A stretch of DNA of 64,000 bases, from NCBI RefSeq assembly GCF_053078305.1, contig NZ_CP166879.1; one strand, written 5' to 3'. The first letter of the stretch is position 1. Each line of letters opens with the position of its first letter. Below are positions 20,547 through 32,051 of the stretch, piece by piece. The notes beneath the pieces are model-generated. The model was not told where the DNA came from. It was given only the letters and a program-made list of their open reading frames with translations, and did no database searches. A program made the translations under genes and the position numbers.

Positions 20547-21812
20547 TTAAGCTTCAGCCGCCAGCATCTCTTTCTTACGTTGGCTAATACGCTTAACCAG
20601 CATTACGGAAACCACCGCACCACAGAATGCGAAGCAGGCCATAATGCCAAACACGATTTTGTAGCCAATAATCCCCGGATTTAAATCCAGAATGTAGCCA
20701 TACAGACTGAAGCAGAACATCGCCGGGGCGTAACCAATAAAGCTCCCCAACGCCATCGCCGCGCCTGTTTTATTTTCAGCAATTTTTGCTTCGCCGATAG
20801 GTGCAAAAAATACGGCTCGCTGTGTAAAGACTATCGCGCCAAAGCCCAGCGTACATGCCATCCCTAAATAGACCGGCATACTTTCGTGCGGCAGCATAAT
20901 CAACAGTACGAGCGCAGCGGTACTGATGATAAAGGTGTAGCATAGATATTTACTCGGCGATTTCAGGATCTTATCTGAAATCATGCCACCAATCGGTCCA
21001 CCAATCATTTTCAGACAGTATTGGTTAATGATGCCGTAAGCCCCCACCAGCGCAACGGGCAATAGATAGATGTTTTTCAGGAATGGAATGAAGAATGTCA
21101 GGCCACAGTAAACCGCGTAAACGAAGAAGACGTTGAAAGCGATAAGCCAGATGGTTTTGTCTCTCAGCACCGAGGTCATACTGGTGTTTTGCGATGCTCC
21201 GTCTTCTTTTTTCACCTCAACGGACGGTGCCTCTTCTTTGTCATTCAGGACAAAGAAAATAATAATGCCTACGGCAATCACAATAAGGGAATAGAACCAG
21301 ATGCCTGCTTTAAAACCTAATAAGCCACTGCCAAACCAGGTAAATACTGCCAACGCAGAAAATGCCACCACGGTATCGACAATGCCACGCCCTGTTTCGA
21401 AGAAGCCAAACAACCGACCTTGTTGTTCGCTATTGCCCAATCGACTTACCGACTTGAGCAAGACCGGCCAGTTCATCATGTCGCAAGTAACGCCAAATAG
21501 CGCCCAGACAAAGAGGATGCCCCAATACCCCGGCATTGTCGTCAAATAAACACCCAGTAATCCTGTCGCAATGAGTGAGAATGACATGGTGTATCTGCGC
21601 GGTAGTTTATCGGCAAAATAAATAGACAGAAAAAAGCCCACTGTGGTAACAAATGAGTTTACCGACATAGCATTACCAATTTGACCATTGGTCAAATGGA
21701 AATATTCCTGCATCGGGATATAAAACGCATCTTTCAGCGACGGTAATTTATAAATTGTACCGCCACACAGTGTTAATAGACTAAATAACGCCCATTTCTT
21801 TTTCGTGAGCAT
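20547..21812 (-). CDS. yihN: MFS-family inner-membrane transporter
   Basis: 421-aa polytopic ORF; length and position match K-12 yihN. Confidence 0.8.
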   Translation of the reverse strand: MLTKKKWALFSLLTLCGGTIYKLPSLKDAFYIPMQEYFHLTNGQIGNAMSVNSFVTTVGFFLSIYFADKLPRRYTMSFSLIATGLLGVYLTTMPGYWGILFVWALFGVTCDMMNWPVLLKSVSRLGNSEQQGRLFGFFETGRGIVDTVVAFSALAVFTWFGSGLLGFKAGIWFYSLIVIAVGIIIFFVLNDKEEAPSVEVKKEDGASQNTSMTSVLRDKTIWLIAFNVFFVYAVYCGLTFFIPFLKNIYLLPVALVGAYGIINQYCLKMIGGPIGGMISDKILKSPSKYLCYTFIISTAALVLLIMLPHESMPVYLGMACTLGFGAIVFTQRAVFFAPIGEAKIAENKTGAAMALGSFIGYAPAMFCFSLYGYILDLNPGIIGYKIVFGIMACFAFCGAVVSVMLVKRISQRKKEMLAAEA

Positions 21813-21913
21813 AACATCCCCTAAGCGATTTTTAAAATCACTGTTTTAAAGGCAATAAGATACCGACCATTCATATGGAATGGTTTTATTAACTGCGTAT
21901 GAGTTAAAACTTA

Positions 21914-22894
21914 TTAGTTGTTCAGAAGATGGTTTGCCTCTTGTTTGATTTGTTGTAGTACGTTACGCACATGATTTATCTGATTAATTGCATCTTCTTT
22001 TTCTTTACGTAACCGCGCATCCAGTAAATGATTTTCTGGTAGGGGTGTTTCACTCATCTGGCGATAAGGGATCCACGGATTATCATCTTCGTCTTCAAAG
22101 CGGAACGCCGGCGCATAGTAATCAACCTCTTCTTCCAGGCCATATGCCGTCACCTGCGGCTCATCATCACCAAGGCAGATAAGGTGCGTTAATAACGCTT
22201 TGAACGGCATATCACCCTGACCTGAAATACAGGCTTTATGACCCAGGCCACCCTGTTCTTTAACGATCAAGGCATCTTTGATATGGACCTGGGTAATATG
22301 CGGTGCCATCGTTTTTAAGGCGTCTATGGGATGCTCATTTGCATTGATCATGTTCGCAAAATCAAACAGTAAGGAAAGAGACTCCATCTCACTTTCTTTG
22401 ACCAGCGACACCAACTCATGACTTTTTAAATCTTCATGCTGCTCGATCGTAAAAGTCAGGCCGCTGTCCTGATACGTTTCCCGTACATAGGCAATGTCGT
22501 TAGCGATAATCGATAATACGTCGCGCAAATTACCTTCATAACGTGGATAAAAACGTACGGACGATGCCCCAGTTTTCAACGCGATGGCGACGGCTTCGTC
22601 AATAGATGCCTTATCTGAGGCGCTGGTTTCAATATGAATATCAAGGTTCAGACGGCGGGCTTTATCTCCAAAGGCAGAGAGTTCTTTATCGTCCATATTA
22701 CCAAGAGAAAAACGCTCGCCATCCAGAACATGGATTTTGACGCCACGTAGATTATTTTCACTTGCGATATCAAGTAAATCAGCAGGCAACACTCTTTCCA
22801 GCCGCATATTTAAATGAAAGGCATAAGCATGTAAATAAAGAGGAAGAGTGTCGACACGTTGTAGAATCTTTCTTGCGTTATTTATTGTCACCAT
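21914..22894 (-). CDS. yihM: Sugar-phosphate isomerase/epimerase (TIM-barrel) family protein
   Basis: 326-aa ORF, conserved position between yihN and yihL. Confidence 0.8.
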   Translation of the reverse strand: MVTINNARKILQRVDTLPLYLHAYAFHLNMRLERVLPADLLDIASENNLRGVKIHVLDGERFSLGNMDDKELSAFGDKARRLNLDIHIETSASDKASIDEAVAIALKTGASSVRFYPRYEGNLRDVLSIIANDIAYVRETYQDSGLTFTIEQHEDLKSHELVSLVKESEMESLSLLFDFANMINANEHPIDALKTMAPHITQVHIKDALIVKEQGGLGHKACISGQGDMPFKALLTHLICLGDDEPQVTAYGLEEEVDYYAPAFRFEDEDDNPWIPYRQMSETPLPENHLLDARLRKEKEDAINQINHVRNVLQQIKQEANHLLNN

Positions 22895-22901
22895 AAAACA
22901 C

Positions 22902-23612
22902 CTACAGATTAATGATGAGGTCTACGGCCTCAAATCGCCAATATTCAATATCTATCTGGACAATATTGCCTTGCTGGTCGGCGCGATGCTTTTCAATTAA
23001 GATCGCTGGCATACCCGCAGAACCGCCAAGATACTTGCTGATATCGCCCGGCATTCTGACGGGTTTGAAAATCAATTTTTTTACTACCGTCTCTTTTTGG
23101 TAGCACTTTTCCCAGACTGCAGAAAATGAGTGGTTTTCAAGTTGTTCAATAAAACCCGGAGCAACTTCAGGATTAATATATGTTTCGTGATAGAAAACTT
23201 TATGTCCTTCCAGCGCCCCCCAGCCGGTGATGCGATAGAGTTCAGTTGATGGTGTCACTGCAATCAGTGGCGCGAGCGTCTCGGGAATATCGCTGGTACG
23301 GTTTTTCTCGGTAAACCCCCAGGAAGGCTCTCGCCCTTGCTCAATTGCGGCCCGCTGAAAGCTCGCCGACAGCTCCGGACTGTAATTAAATCGCGGCTGG
23401 GTCACGAACCACCCCTTACGATCTTTACGGAAGATTTTGGATTCTGCCTCGAGGTTCAACAACGCCTGGCGCAGCGTCATACGTTTAATGCCCAGCAGTT
23501 CTCCCAGCTCTCTTTCTGAAGGGAGTTTTCCACCCGGCGTGGTGATGCCATCTTTCAACCACCGATCCAGTTTCTCTTTTGCATTTTCTACGGTGGATTG
23601 ATTCTCCGCCAT
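22902..23612 (-). CDS. yihL: GntR-family transcriptional regulator
   Basis: 236-aa ORF with an N-terminal GntR-type wHTH (SERELGELLGIKRMTLRQAL). Confidence 0.8.
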   Translation of the reverse strand: MAENQSTVENAKEKLDRWLKDGITTPGGKLPSERELGELLGIKRMTLRQALLNLEAESKIFRKDRKGWFVTQPRFNYSPELSASFQRAAIEQGREPSWGFTEKNRTSDIPETLAPLIAVTPSTELYRITGWGALEGHKVFYHETYINPEVAPGFIEQLENHSFSAVWEKCYQKETVVKKLIFKPVRMPGDISKYLGGSAGMPAILIEKHRADQQGNIVQIDIEYWRFEAVDLIINL

Positions 23613-23778
23613 TGTTTAATCCTTTTGGTTTAAACCAGATGAAGCATCTTACGCTTACGCCAAAAAAGAAAGCAATTAACGGTGTATGACTTTGCAGATA
23701 ATTGTGACAAAGCTCTCTATTGACGTAATCACAGACTTATAAGGGAGATACTCGCATTGGTGTGCGCTCACGACAGGT

Positions 23779-23816
23779 AAAAAAAAACCTGCCAGCGATG
23801 GCAGGTTTTTTATAAC
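23779..23816. terminator. Rho-independent terminator downstream of bipA (palindromic, usable in both directions)
   Basis: A-run, hairpin cctgccagcgatggcagg, then T-run, immediately 3' of the bipA stop. Confidence 0.75.
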
Positions 23817-23828
23817 TAAAAAACGAAA

Positions 23829-25652
23829 TTAATCGTCTTTCGGTGCGCGGTTGGCGCGGCGACGATCGTTTTCCGTCAGGTGACGTTTACGAATACGGAT
23901 AGAGGTCGGAGTCACTTCTACCAGTTCGTCATCATCGATGAACTCCAGAGCTTGTTCCAGAGTCATGCGGATAGGCGGAACCAGAACAACGGCTTCGTCA
24001 GTACCGGAAGCACGCATGTTGGTCAGTTTCTTACCGGTCAGGCAGTTTACAGTCAGGTCGTTAGAGCGGCTATGAATACCGATAATCTGACCTTCGTAAA
24101 CTTCTGCACCGTGACCGAGGAACAGCTTACCGCGATCCTGCAGACCGAACAGCGCGAACGCGACCGCTTTACCCTGACCGTTAGAGATCAGTACACCGTT
24201 CTGACGCTGACCCACTTCGCCCGGACGTACGTCGTCGTAGTGGCTGAAGGTGGAGTACAGCAGACCCGTACCGGAAGTCATGGTCATGAACTCAGAACGG
24301 AAGCCAATCAGACCACGGCTTGGAATCACGTAGTCGAGACGTACGCGGCCTTTACCGTCTGGATTCATGTTTTTCAGGTCGCCTTTACGTTCGCCCAGCG
24401 CCTGCATTACAGAACCCTGATGCTGTTCTTCAACGTCCAGAGTCACGTTTTCATACGGCTCTTGTTTACGACCGTCGATTTCACGGAAGATAACTTTCGG
24501 ACGGGATACCGCCAGTTCGAAACCTTCACGACGCATGTTTTCGATCAGAACAGACAGGTGTAGTTCGCCACGACCAGAAACGCGGAACGCATCAGCGTCT
24601 TCGGTTTCTTCTACGCGCAGCGCAACGTTGTGTACCAGTTCTTTGTTCAGACGATCCAGGATCTGACGAGACGTTACGAACTTACCTTCTTTACCGCAGA
24701 ACGGCGAGGTGTTAACGCAGAAGAACATAGAAACGGTCGGCTCATCAACGGAGAGTGCCGGCAGCGCTTCAACGTTTTGCGTGTCGCAAACGGTGTCAGA
24801 AATGTTCAGTTCGCCCAGGCCCGTGATCGCCACGATATCGCCAGCTTCCGCCAGATCGGTTTCGATACGTTCCAGACCGAGGTGGCCCAGCACTTTACCG
24901 ACTTTCGCGTTACGGGTTTTGCCTTCGCTATCGATGATAGTGACCTGCTGGTTCGGCTTCACTTTACCGCGCTTGATGCGGCCAATGCCGATAACGCCAA
25001 CATAGCTGTTGTAATCGAGCTGAGAAATCTGCATCTGGAACGGACCGTCAAGGTCAACGTCCGGCGCAGGAACGTGATCAACAATCGCCTGATACAGCGG
25101 GGTCATGTCTTCCGCCATATCTTCGTGGTCCAGACCCGCGATACCGTTCAGCGCAGAAGCGTAAACGATCGGGAAGTCCAGCTGCTCGTCGGTCGCGTCG
25201 AGGTTAACGAACAGATCGAATACCTGATCCACAACCCAATCAGGACGCGCGCCAGGGCGGTCAACTTTGTTGATAACAACAATCGGCTTCAGGCCGTAAG
25301 CAAACGCTTTTTTGGTTACGAAGCGCGTTTGCGGCATCGGGCCGTCAAATGCGTCAACCACCAGCAGCACTGAGTCTACCATGGACATTACACGTTCAAC
25401 TTCACCACCGAAGTCGGCGTGCCCCGGGGTATCAACGATGTTGATACGGTAATCATTCCATTTGATAGCGGTGTTTTTCGCGAGGATGGTAATCCCACGC
25501 TCTTTCTCCAAATCGTTGGAGTCCATCACGCGCTCTTGGGTTTCGGCACGAGAGTCGAACGTACCGGATTGTTGGAGCAGCTTGTCTACCAGGGTGGTTT
25601 TACCATGGTCTACGTGCGCGATGATGGCGATATTACGCAATTTTTCGATCAC
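23829..25652 (-). CDS. bipA: Ribosome-associated translational GTPase BipA/TypA
   Basis: 607-aa ORF with G1 motif [17 protein letters not shown] and NKVD; EF-G-like domain layout. Confidence 0.95.
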   Translation of the reverse strand: MIEKLRNIAIIAHVDHGKTTLVDKLLQQSGTFDSRAETQERVMDSNDLEKERGITILAKNTAIKWNDYRINIVDTPGHADFGGEVERVMSMVDSVLLVVDAFDGPMPQTRFVTKKAFAYGLKPIVVINKVDRPGARPDWVVDQVFDLFVNLDATDEQLDFPIVYASALNGIAGLDHEDMAEDMTPLYQAIVDHVPAPDVDLDGPFQMQISQLDYNSYVGVIGIGRIKRGKVKPNQQVTIIDSEGKTRNAKVGKVLGHLGLERIETDLAEAGDIVAITGLGELNISDTVCDTQNVEALPALSVDEPTVSMFFCVNTSPFCGKEGKFVTSRQILDRLNKELVHNVALRVEETEDADAFRVSGRGELHLSVLIENMRREGFELAVSRPKVIFREIDGRKQEPYENVTLDVEEQHQGSVMQALGERKGDLKNMNPDGKGRVRLDYVIPSRGLIGFRSEFMTMTSGTGLLYSTFSHYDDVRPGEVGQRQNGVLISNGQGKAVAFALFGLQDRGKLFLGHGAEVYEGQIIGIHSRSNDLTVNCLTGKKLTNMRASGTDEAVVLVPPIRMTLEQALEFIDDDELVEVTPTSIRIRKRHLTENDRRRANRAPKDD

Positions 25653-25802
25653 AACTTTGCCTCAGGCATTAGAAATAGCGCGTTATTGTACACGGATTAA
25701 TCGCACTACAAAACAGGATCACAAACATCCTCCGCAAACAAGTATTGCAGAGTCCCTTTGTGATCGCTTTCACGGAGCATAAAAAGGGTTATCCAAAGGT
25801 CA

Positions 25803-25941
25803 TTGCACCAATATGGTGCTTAATGTTTCCATTGAAGCACTATATTGGTGCAACATTCACATCATGGTGCAGCCCTTTTGCACGATGTTAAGCATGATAA
25901 CGCCTTTTAGGGGCAATTTAAAAGTTGGCACAGTTTTCGCT
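25803..25941 (+). promoter_or_regulatory. glnA control region: NtrC enhancer sites and sigma-54 promoter glnAp2
   Basis: NtrC-type palindromes ttgcaccaatatggtgct (25803..25820) and gcactatattggtgca (25837..25852); sigma-54 -24/-12 element ttggcacagttttcgct (25925..25941) about 85 bp upstream of the glnA ATG. Confidence 0.8.
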
Positions 25942-26024
25942 TTATCTTTTTTATGGCGACACGGCCAAAATAATTGCAGATTTCGTTACCACGACGACCA
26001 TGACCAATCCAGGAGAGTTAAAGT

Positions 26025-27434
26025 ATGTCCGCTGAACACGTACTGACGATGCTGAACGAGCACGAAGTGAAGTTTGTTGATTTGCGCTTCACCGATACCA
26101 AAGGTAAAGAACAGCACGTCACTATCCCTGCTCATCAGGTGAATGCTGAATTCTTCGAAGAAGGCAAAATGTTTGACGGCTCCTCGATTGGCGGCTGGAA
26201 AGGCATTAACGAATCCGACATGGTGCTGATGCCAGACGCATCCACCGCAGTGATTGACCCGTTCTTCGCCGACTCTACCCTGATTATCCGTTGCGACATC
26301 CTTGAACCTGGCACCCTGCAAGGCTATGACCGTGACCCGCGCTCCATCGCGAAGCGCGCTGAAGATTACCTGCGTTCTACTGGCATTGCCGACACCGTGC
26401 TGTTCGGGCCAGAACCAGAATTCTTCCTGTTCGATGACATCCGTTTCGGATCATCTATCTCCGGTTCTCACGTTGCCATCGACGATATCGAAGGCGCGTG
26501 GAACTCCTCCACCCAATACGAAGGTGGCAACAAAGGTCACCGTCCGGCAGTGAAAGGCGGTTACTTCCCGGTTCCGCCGGTAGACTCTGCTCAGGATATT
26601 CGTTCTGAAATGTGTCTGGTGATGGAACAGATGGGTCTGGTGGTTGAAGCCCATCACCACGAAGTAGCGACTGCTGGTCAGAACGAAGTGGCTACCCGCT
26701 TCAATACCATGACCAAAAAAGCTGACGAAATTCAGATCTACAAATATGTTGTGCACAACGTAGCGCACCGCTTCGGTAAAACTGCGACCTTTATGCCAAA
26801 ACCAATGTTCGGTGATAACGGCTCCGGTATGCACTGCCACATGTCGCTGTCTAAAAACGGCGTTAACCTGTTCGCGGGCGACAAATACGCAGGTCTGTCT
26901 GAGCAGGCGCTGTACTACATTGGCGGCGTAATCAAACACGCTAAAGCGATTAACGCCCTGGCAAACCCGACCACCAACTCTTATAAGCGTCTGGTCCCGG
27001 GCTACGAAGCACCGGTAATGCTGGCTTACTCTGCACGCAACCGTTCTGCGTCTATCCGTATTCCGGTGGTTTCTTCTCCGAAAGCGCGTCGTATCGAAGT
27101 GCGTTTCCCGGACCCGGCGGCTAACCCGTACCTGTGCTTTGCTGCCCTGCTGATGGCCGGTCTTGATGGCATCAAGAACAAGATCCATCCGGGCGAAGCC
27201 ATGGACAAAAACCTGTATGACCTGCCGCCAGAAGAAGCGAAAGAGATCCCACAAGTTGCAGGCTCTCTGGAAGAAGCACTGAACGAGCTGGATCTGGACC
27301 GCGAGTTCCTGAAAGCCGGTGGCGTGTTCACGGATGAAGCGATCGATGCGTACATCGCTCTGCGTCGCGAAGAAGATGACCGCGTGCGTATGACTCCGCA
27401 TCCGGTAGAGTTTGAGCTGTACTACAGCGTCTAA
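26025..27434 (+). CDS. glnA: Glutamine synthetase (type I)
   Basis: 469-aa [34 protein letters not shown]…; adenylylation-site region present. Confidence 0.97.
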
Positions 27435-27494
27435 TAGTTGAAGTTGTACTACCCGGCGCAACAACGCCGGGATTTAGTTGCCGTGGAAACTTTC

Positions 27495-27522
27495 AGCCCA
27501 TCTCTGCATGGGCTTTTTTCTC
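27495..27522 (+). terminator. Rho-independent terminator after glnA
   Basis: Hairpin cagcccatctctgcatgggc followed by ttttttct. Confidence 0.75.
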
Positions 27523-27539
27523 CGTCAATTCTCTGATGC

Positions 27540-27590
27540 TTCGCGCTTTTTATCCGTAAAAAGCTATAATGCACTAAAATGGTGCAACCT
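27540..27590 (+). promoter_or_regulatory. glnL promoter with overlapping NtrC operator
   Basis: -10 hexamer tataat (27565..27570) immediately followed by the NtrC-type palindrome tgcactaaaatggtgca (27570..27586). Confidence 0.65.
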
Positions 27591-27607
27591 GTTCAGGAGA
27601 CTGCTTT

Positions 27608-28657
27608 ATGGCAACAGGCACGCAGCCCGATGCTGGGCAGATCCTCAACTCGCTGATTAACAGTATTTTGTTAATCGATGACAACCTGGCGATCCATTAC
27701 GCCAACCCCGCCGCGCAACAACTGCTCGCCCAAAGCTCCCGCAAATTGTTTGGTACGCCGTTACCGGAACTGTTGAGCTACTTCTCATTAAATATCGAGC
27801 TGATGCAAGAAAGTCTGGAGGCGGGGCAAGGTTTTACCGATAACGAAGTGACGCTAGTGATCGACGGTCGCTCGCATATCCTTTCTGTGACGGCCCAGCG
27901 TATGCCGGACGGCATGATCCTGCTGGAGATGGCGCCGATGGATAACCAGCGCCGCTTAAGTCAGGAACAGCTACAGCACGCCCAGCAGGTTGCTGCCCGT
28001 GATTTAGTGCGCGGCCTGGCACATGAGATTAAAAATCCGCTTGGCGGTTTACGTGGCGCGGCGCAGCTACTCAGCAAAGCATTACCTGACCCGTCACTGC
28101 TGGAATATACCAAAGTGATTATCGAACAGGCGGACCGGCTGCGAAATCTGGTCGACCGTCTGTTGGGGCCGCAGCTGCCCGGTACGCGCGTTACCGAAAG
28201 TATTCACAAAGTAGCTGAACGCGTGGTAACGCTGGTGTCGATGGAACTGCCGGACAACGTGCGGTTGATTCGTGATTACGATCCCAGCCTGCCGGAACTG
28301 GCGCACGACCCGGATCAAATTGAACAGGTCTTGCTGAATATTGTGCGCAATGCGCTACAGGCGCTGGGGCCGGAGGGTGGTGAAATCATTCTGCGTACCC
28401 GCACCGCGTTTCAACTGACCTTACACGGCGAGCGCTACCGGCTGGCGGCGCGGATTGATGTGGAAGATAACGGGCCAGGCATTCCGCCTCATTTGCAGGA
28501 TACGCTGTTTTACCCGATGGTCAGCGGCCGCGAAGGTGGCACCGGGCTTGGCTTATCCATCGCTCGTAATTTGATTGATCAGCATTCAGGCAAAATTGAA
28601 TTTACCAGTTGGCCAGGGCATACCGAGTTCTCGGTTTACCTGCCTATCAGGAAATAA
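27608..28657 (+). CDS. glnL: Nitrogen regulation sensor histidine kinase NtrB (NRII)
   Basis: 349-aa ORF with H-box [11 protein letters not shown] and the N, G1 and G2 boxes of a histidine kinase. Confidence 0.95.
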
Positions 28658-28668
28658 AGGTGACGTTT

Positions 28669-30078
28669 ATGCAACGAGGGATAGTCTGGGTAGTCGATGA
28701 CGATAGTTCCATCCGTTGGGTGCTTGAACGTGCGCTCGCTGGAGCGGGTTTAACCTGTACGACATTTGAGAACGGCGCGGAGGTACTGGAGGCGCTGGCG
28801 AGCAAAACGCCGGATGTGCTGCTTTCAGATATCCGTATGCCGGGAATGGACGGGCTGGCGCTGCTCAAGCAGATTAAACAGCGCCATCCGATGCTTCCGG
28901 TCATCATTATGACCGCACATTCCGATCTGGATGCTGCCGTCAGCGCCTATCAACAAGGGGCGTTTGATTATCTGCCCAAACCGTTTGATATCGACGAAGC
29001 CGTGGCGCTGGTTGAGCGCGCCATCAGTCATTACCAGGAACAGCAGCAGCCGCGTAATGTTCAGCTTAACGGCCCAACGACCGATATCATCGGCGAAGCG
29101 CCAGCCATGCAGGACGTGTTCCGTATTATCGGTCGGCTTTCGCGTTCTTCTATTAGCGTGCTGATTAACGGCGAATCCGGCACCGGTAAAGAACTGGTCG
29201 CTCATGCCCTGCATCGCCACAGTCCGCGAGCCAAAGCGCCATTTATCGCGCTGAATATGGCAGCTATCCCAAAAGATTTGATCGAATCAGAACTGTTTGG
29301 TCACGAGAAAGGCGCGTTTACCGGCGCGAATACCATTCGTCAGGGGCGTTTTGAACAGGCTGATGGCGGTACATTATTCCTCGATGAAATTGGCGATATG
29401 CCGCTGGATGTGCAGACGCGTTTGCTGCGCGTGCTGGCAGATGGTCAGTTTTACCGCGTTGGCGGCTATGCGCCGGTGAAAGTGGATGTGCGGATTATCG
29501 CTGCCACTCACCAGAATCTTGAACAGCGGGTGCAGGAAGGTAAGTTCCGTGAGGATCTGTTCCACCGCCTGAACGTTATCCGCGTTCATCTGCCGCCGCT
29601 GCGCGAACGTCGGGAAGATATTCCCCGTCTGGCGCGCCATTTTTTACAGGTTGCCGCGCGCGAACTGGGCGTAGAAGCGAAGTTGCTGCATCCGGAAACC
29701 GAAGCTGCTCTGACGCGTCTGGCGTGGCCAGGCAACGTGCGCCAGCTGGAAAACACCTGCCGCTGGCTAACGGTGATGGCCGCCGGGCAGGAAGTGTTGA
29801 TTCAGGATTTGCCCGGCGAACTGTTTGAATCAACGGTTGCGGAGAGTACTTCGCAAATGCAACCGGACAGTTGGGCGACGCTTCTTGCGCAGTGGGCAGA
29901 CAGAGCGCTGCGTTCCGGTCATCAAAATCTGCTTTCCGAAGCGCAGCCAGAGCTGGAGCGGACGTTACTGACGACCGCGTTGCGACATACGCAGGGGCAT
30001 AAACAGGAAGCGGCGCGGCTACTTGGCTGGGGCCGTAACACCCTGACGCGTAAGTTAAAAGAGCTGGGGATGGAGTGA
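28669..30078 (+). CDS. glnG: Nitrogen regulation response regulator NtrC (NRI), sigma-54 activator
   Basis: Receiver domain (VWVVDDDSS…D…), AAA+ sigma-54 interaction domain ([14 protein letters not shown] motif) and C-terminal HTH; start taken at [12 protein letters not shown] rather than the longer ORF-track start. Confidence 0.95.
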   Translation: MQRGIVWVVDDDSSIRWVLERALAGAGLTCTTFENGAEVLEALASKTPDVLLSDIRMPGMDGLALLKQIKQRHPMLPVIIMTAHSDLDAAVSAYQQGAFDYLPKPFDIDEAVALVERAISHYQEQQQPRNVQLNGPTTDIIGEAPAMQDVFRIIGRLSRSSISVLINGESGTGKELVAHALHRHSPRAKAPFIALNMAAIPKDLIESELFGHEKGAFTGANTIRQGRFEQADGGTLFLDEIGDMPLDVQTRLLRVLADGQFYRVGGYAPVKVDVRIIAATHQNLEQRVQEGKFREDLFHRLNVIRVHLPPLRERREDIPRLARHFLQVAARELGVEAKLLHPETEAALTRLAWPGNVRQLENTCRWLTVMAAGQEVLIQDLPGELFESTVAESTSQMQPDSWATLLAQWADRALRSGHQNLLSEAQPELERTLLTTALRHTQGHKQEAARLLGWGRNTLTRKLKELGME

Positions 30079-30189
30079 TTCACGGCTTGTGTGTAAAGAT
30101 TGATTATTGAGCGCAAATTGCTGGTATTTTGCGCTTTACTGTTCCGATAAGTTCAGTATGATCTTGCCCGGAAAACGGGGAGAGTCATT

Positions 30190-30300
30190 ATGCTGGAATC
30201 AATAATTAATCTGGTATCGAGTGGCGCAGTTGACAGCCACACACCGCAAACTGCTGTTGCTGCCGTGCTGTGTGCCGCGATGATTGGGCTGTTTAGTTGA
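30190..30300 (+). CDS. yshB: Small membrane protein YshB (36 aa), below the ORF-track length cut-off
   Basis: ATG at 30190 preceded by ggggagag (Shine-Dalgarno-like); encodes MLESIINLVSSGAVDSHTPQTAVAAVLCAAMIGLFS, which I recall as K-12 YshB in the glnG-hemN intergenic region. Confidence 0.6.
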   Translation: MLESIINLVSSGAVDSHTPQTAVAAVLCAAMIGLFS

Positions 30301-30332
30301 GTTTCAGATTGCTGATGAAGTGCTCTTTGTTC

Positions 30333-30435
30333 ATGCCGGATGCGGCGTGAACGCCTTATCCGGCCTACAAAAGCAATATTTTCAACAGGTTTTGTAGGCC
30401 TGATAAGCGTAGCGCATCAGGCAATCTTGTTCTCA
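30333..30435. repeat. BIME (two inverted REP elements) between yshB and hemN
   Basis: gccggatgcggcgtgaacgccttatccggcctac and gtaggcctgataagcgtagcgcatcaggc. Confidence 0.8.
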
Positions 30436-30489
30436 GCACATTGATGGCGCTTTCGTTTTCTACTTTGTAAACGAAGCGCCATTCACTAT

Positions 30490-31863
30490 TTAAATCACCC
30501 GAGAGAACTGCTGCATCCGCGCTTTCTGGCGCAGATAGGTATCAAAGCACATGCAAATGTTGCGGATCAGCAAGCGACCTTTCGCCGTCACCTGTATTCC
30601 CTTCTCATCCACATCCACCAGCCCATCTTTTGCTAACGGGGCGAGCAGCTTGAGATCTTCCGCAAAGTAATCAGCGAAGTGCAAATCCCACTGTTTCTCA
30701 ATAGGGGCGTAATCCAGACGGAAGTTGCAGATGAGCGACTTAATCACATCGCGGCGAATACAGTCATCACGCGTTAGCGCAATACCACGCCACAGCGCAT
30801 TGCCTTGTTCATCCACTTGCTGATAGTACTGCTTCAACTCTTTCTGGTTCTGCGCGTAGCAGTCGCCAATCATACTGATGGCGGAAACGCCCATCCCCAG
30901 CAGATCGGTATCGCCCTGAGTGGTGTAGCCCTGAAAGTTACGATGCAGCACGCCTTCACGCTGGGCCAACGCCAGCTCGTCATCAGGACGGGCAAAGTGA
31001 TCCATACCGATAAACTGATAGCCCGATTGCGTCAGGAAGGCGATGGTTTCCTGCAGGATATCGAGTTTTTGCTGCGGACTCGGCAGGTCAGCATCTTTGA
31101 TTTTGCGCTGAGCAGCAAAAATGGTCGGCAGATGCGCATAGTTAAAGACGCTCAGACGGTCAGGGTTTAGCTCCGCCACGCGTTTCAGGGTAAAGGCGAA
31201 ACTTTCCGGCGTCTGTTTCGGCAGGCCGTAAATCAGGTCGATGTTGGTGGAGGTAAAGCCAATCTCACGCGCATGGTTAAGCAGCGCAAAGATAAACTCT
31301 TCATCCTGCTCGCGGTTAACCAGACGTTGCACTTCTTTGTTGAAGTCCTGCACGCCCATACTCAGGCGATTAAAGCCCTCGGCGCGTAAATGATCGAGTA
31401 CATCCAGTTCGATTTCCCGCGGATCGACTTCGATCGAAATCTCCGCATCGGCATTGAACTGGAAGTTTTCGCGCAGCAGCTTCATCAGGCGGCTGATTTG
31501 CGCTTTATTAAGATACGTCGGCGTTCCGCCGCCCCAGTGCAGCTGGCTGACGTGACGCCCGGCGAACAGCGGTGCACGATGGACGATTTCTTGCTCCAGC
31601 GCGTCCAGATACTGATCGGCCTTGTGCTGCTGGCGAGTAACAATCTTATTGCAGCCGCAGAAGTAACAAAGCTTATGGCAGAACGGGATATGTACGTAGA
31701 GAGATAATGGACGCTCAGGATAGCGCGCCACGGCTTGTAAAAACGCCTGTTCGCCGAAGTCTTCTGAAAACTCCAGCGCGGTCGGGTACGAGGTGTATCG
31801 TGGCCCGGAATAGTTATATTTCTGGATCAGGGCCAGATCCCAGTCGATTTGCTGTACAGACAT
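30490..31863 (-). CDS. hemN: Oxygen-independent coproporphyrinogen III oxidase (radical SAM)
   Basis: Radical-SAM cysteine motif HIPFCHKLCYFCGCN; start taken at the second Met (MSVQQIDWD…). Confidence 0.95.
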   Translation of the reverse strand: MSVQQIDWDLALIQKYNYSGPRYTSYPTALEFSEDFGEQAFLQAVARYPERPLSLYVHIPFCHKLCYFCGCNKIVTRQQHKADQYLDALEQEIVHRAPLFAGRHVSQLHWGGGTPTYLNKAQISRLMKLLRENFQFNADAEISIEVDPREIELDVLDHLRAEGFNRLSMGVQDFNKEVQRLVNREQDEEFIFALLNHAREIGFTSTNIDLIYGLPKQTPESFAFTLKRVAELNPDRLSVFNYAHLPTIFAAQRKIKDADLPSPQQKLDILQETIAFLTQSGYQFIGMDHFARPDDELALAQREGVLHRNFQGYTTQGDTDLLGMGVSAISMIGDCYAQNQKELKQYYQQVDEQGNALWRGIALTRDDCIRRDVIKSLICNFRLDYAPIEKQWDLHFADYFAEDLKLLAPLAKDGLVDVDEKGIQVTAKGRLLIRNICMCFDTYLRQKARMQQFSRVI

Positions 31864-32051
31864 GCTCACTCCTTCCGATGGCGTCTCTGGCGGCTACGGC
31901 GTACCGGCGGATGCCCGTTTCGGGTCATCAGCCGGTTGCGCAGCCACTTTTGTCGCCGCGACAACCGCTGTAGTTTAACGAATAACCACACCAGATAACA
32001 TATAACCGGAAGGGTTATCAGCAGAACGGGAAGGCCCACGGCGGCAATCCG

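Noticed and set aside
24630-25373. 247-aa plus-strand ORF (and 227-aa ORF at 23880..24563)
   Set aside because: Antisense to bipA; composition is a mirror of the real gene, with no independent signals.
26451-27464. 337-aa minus-strand ORF
   Set aside because: Antisense to glnA.
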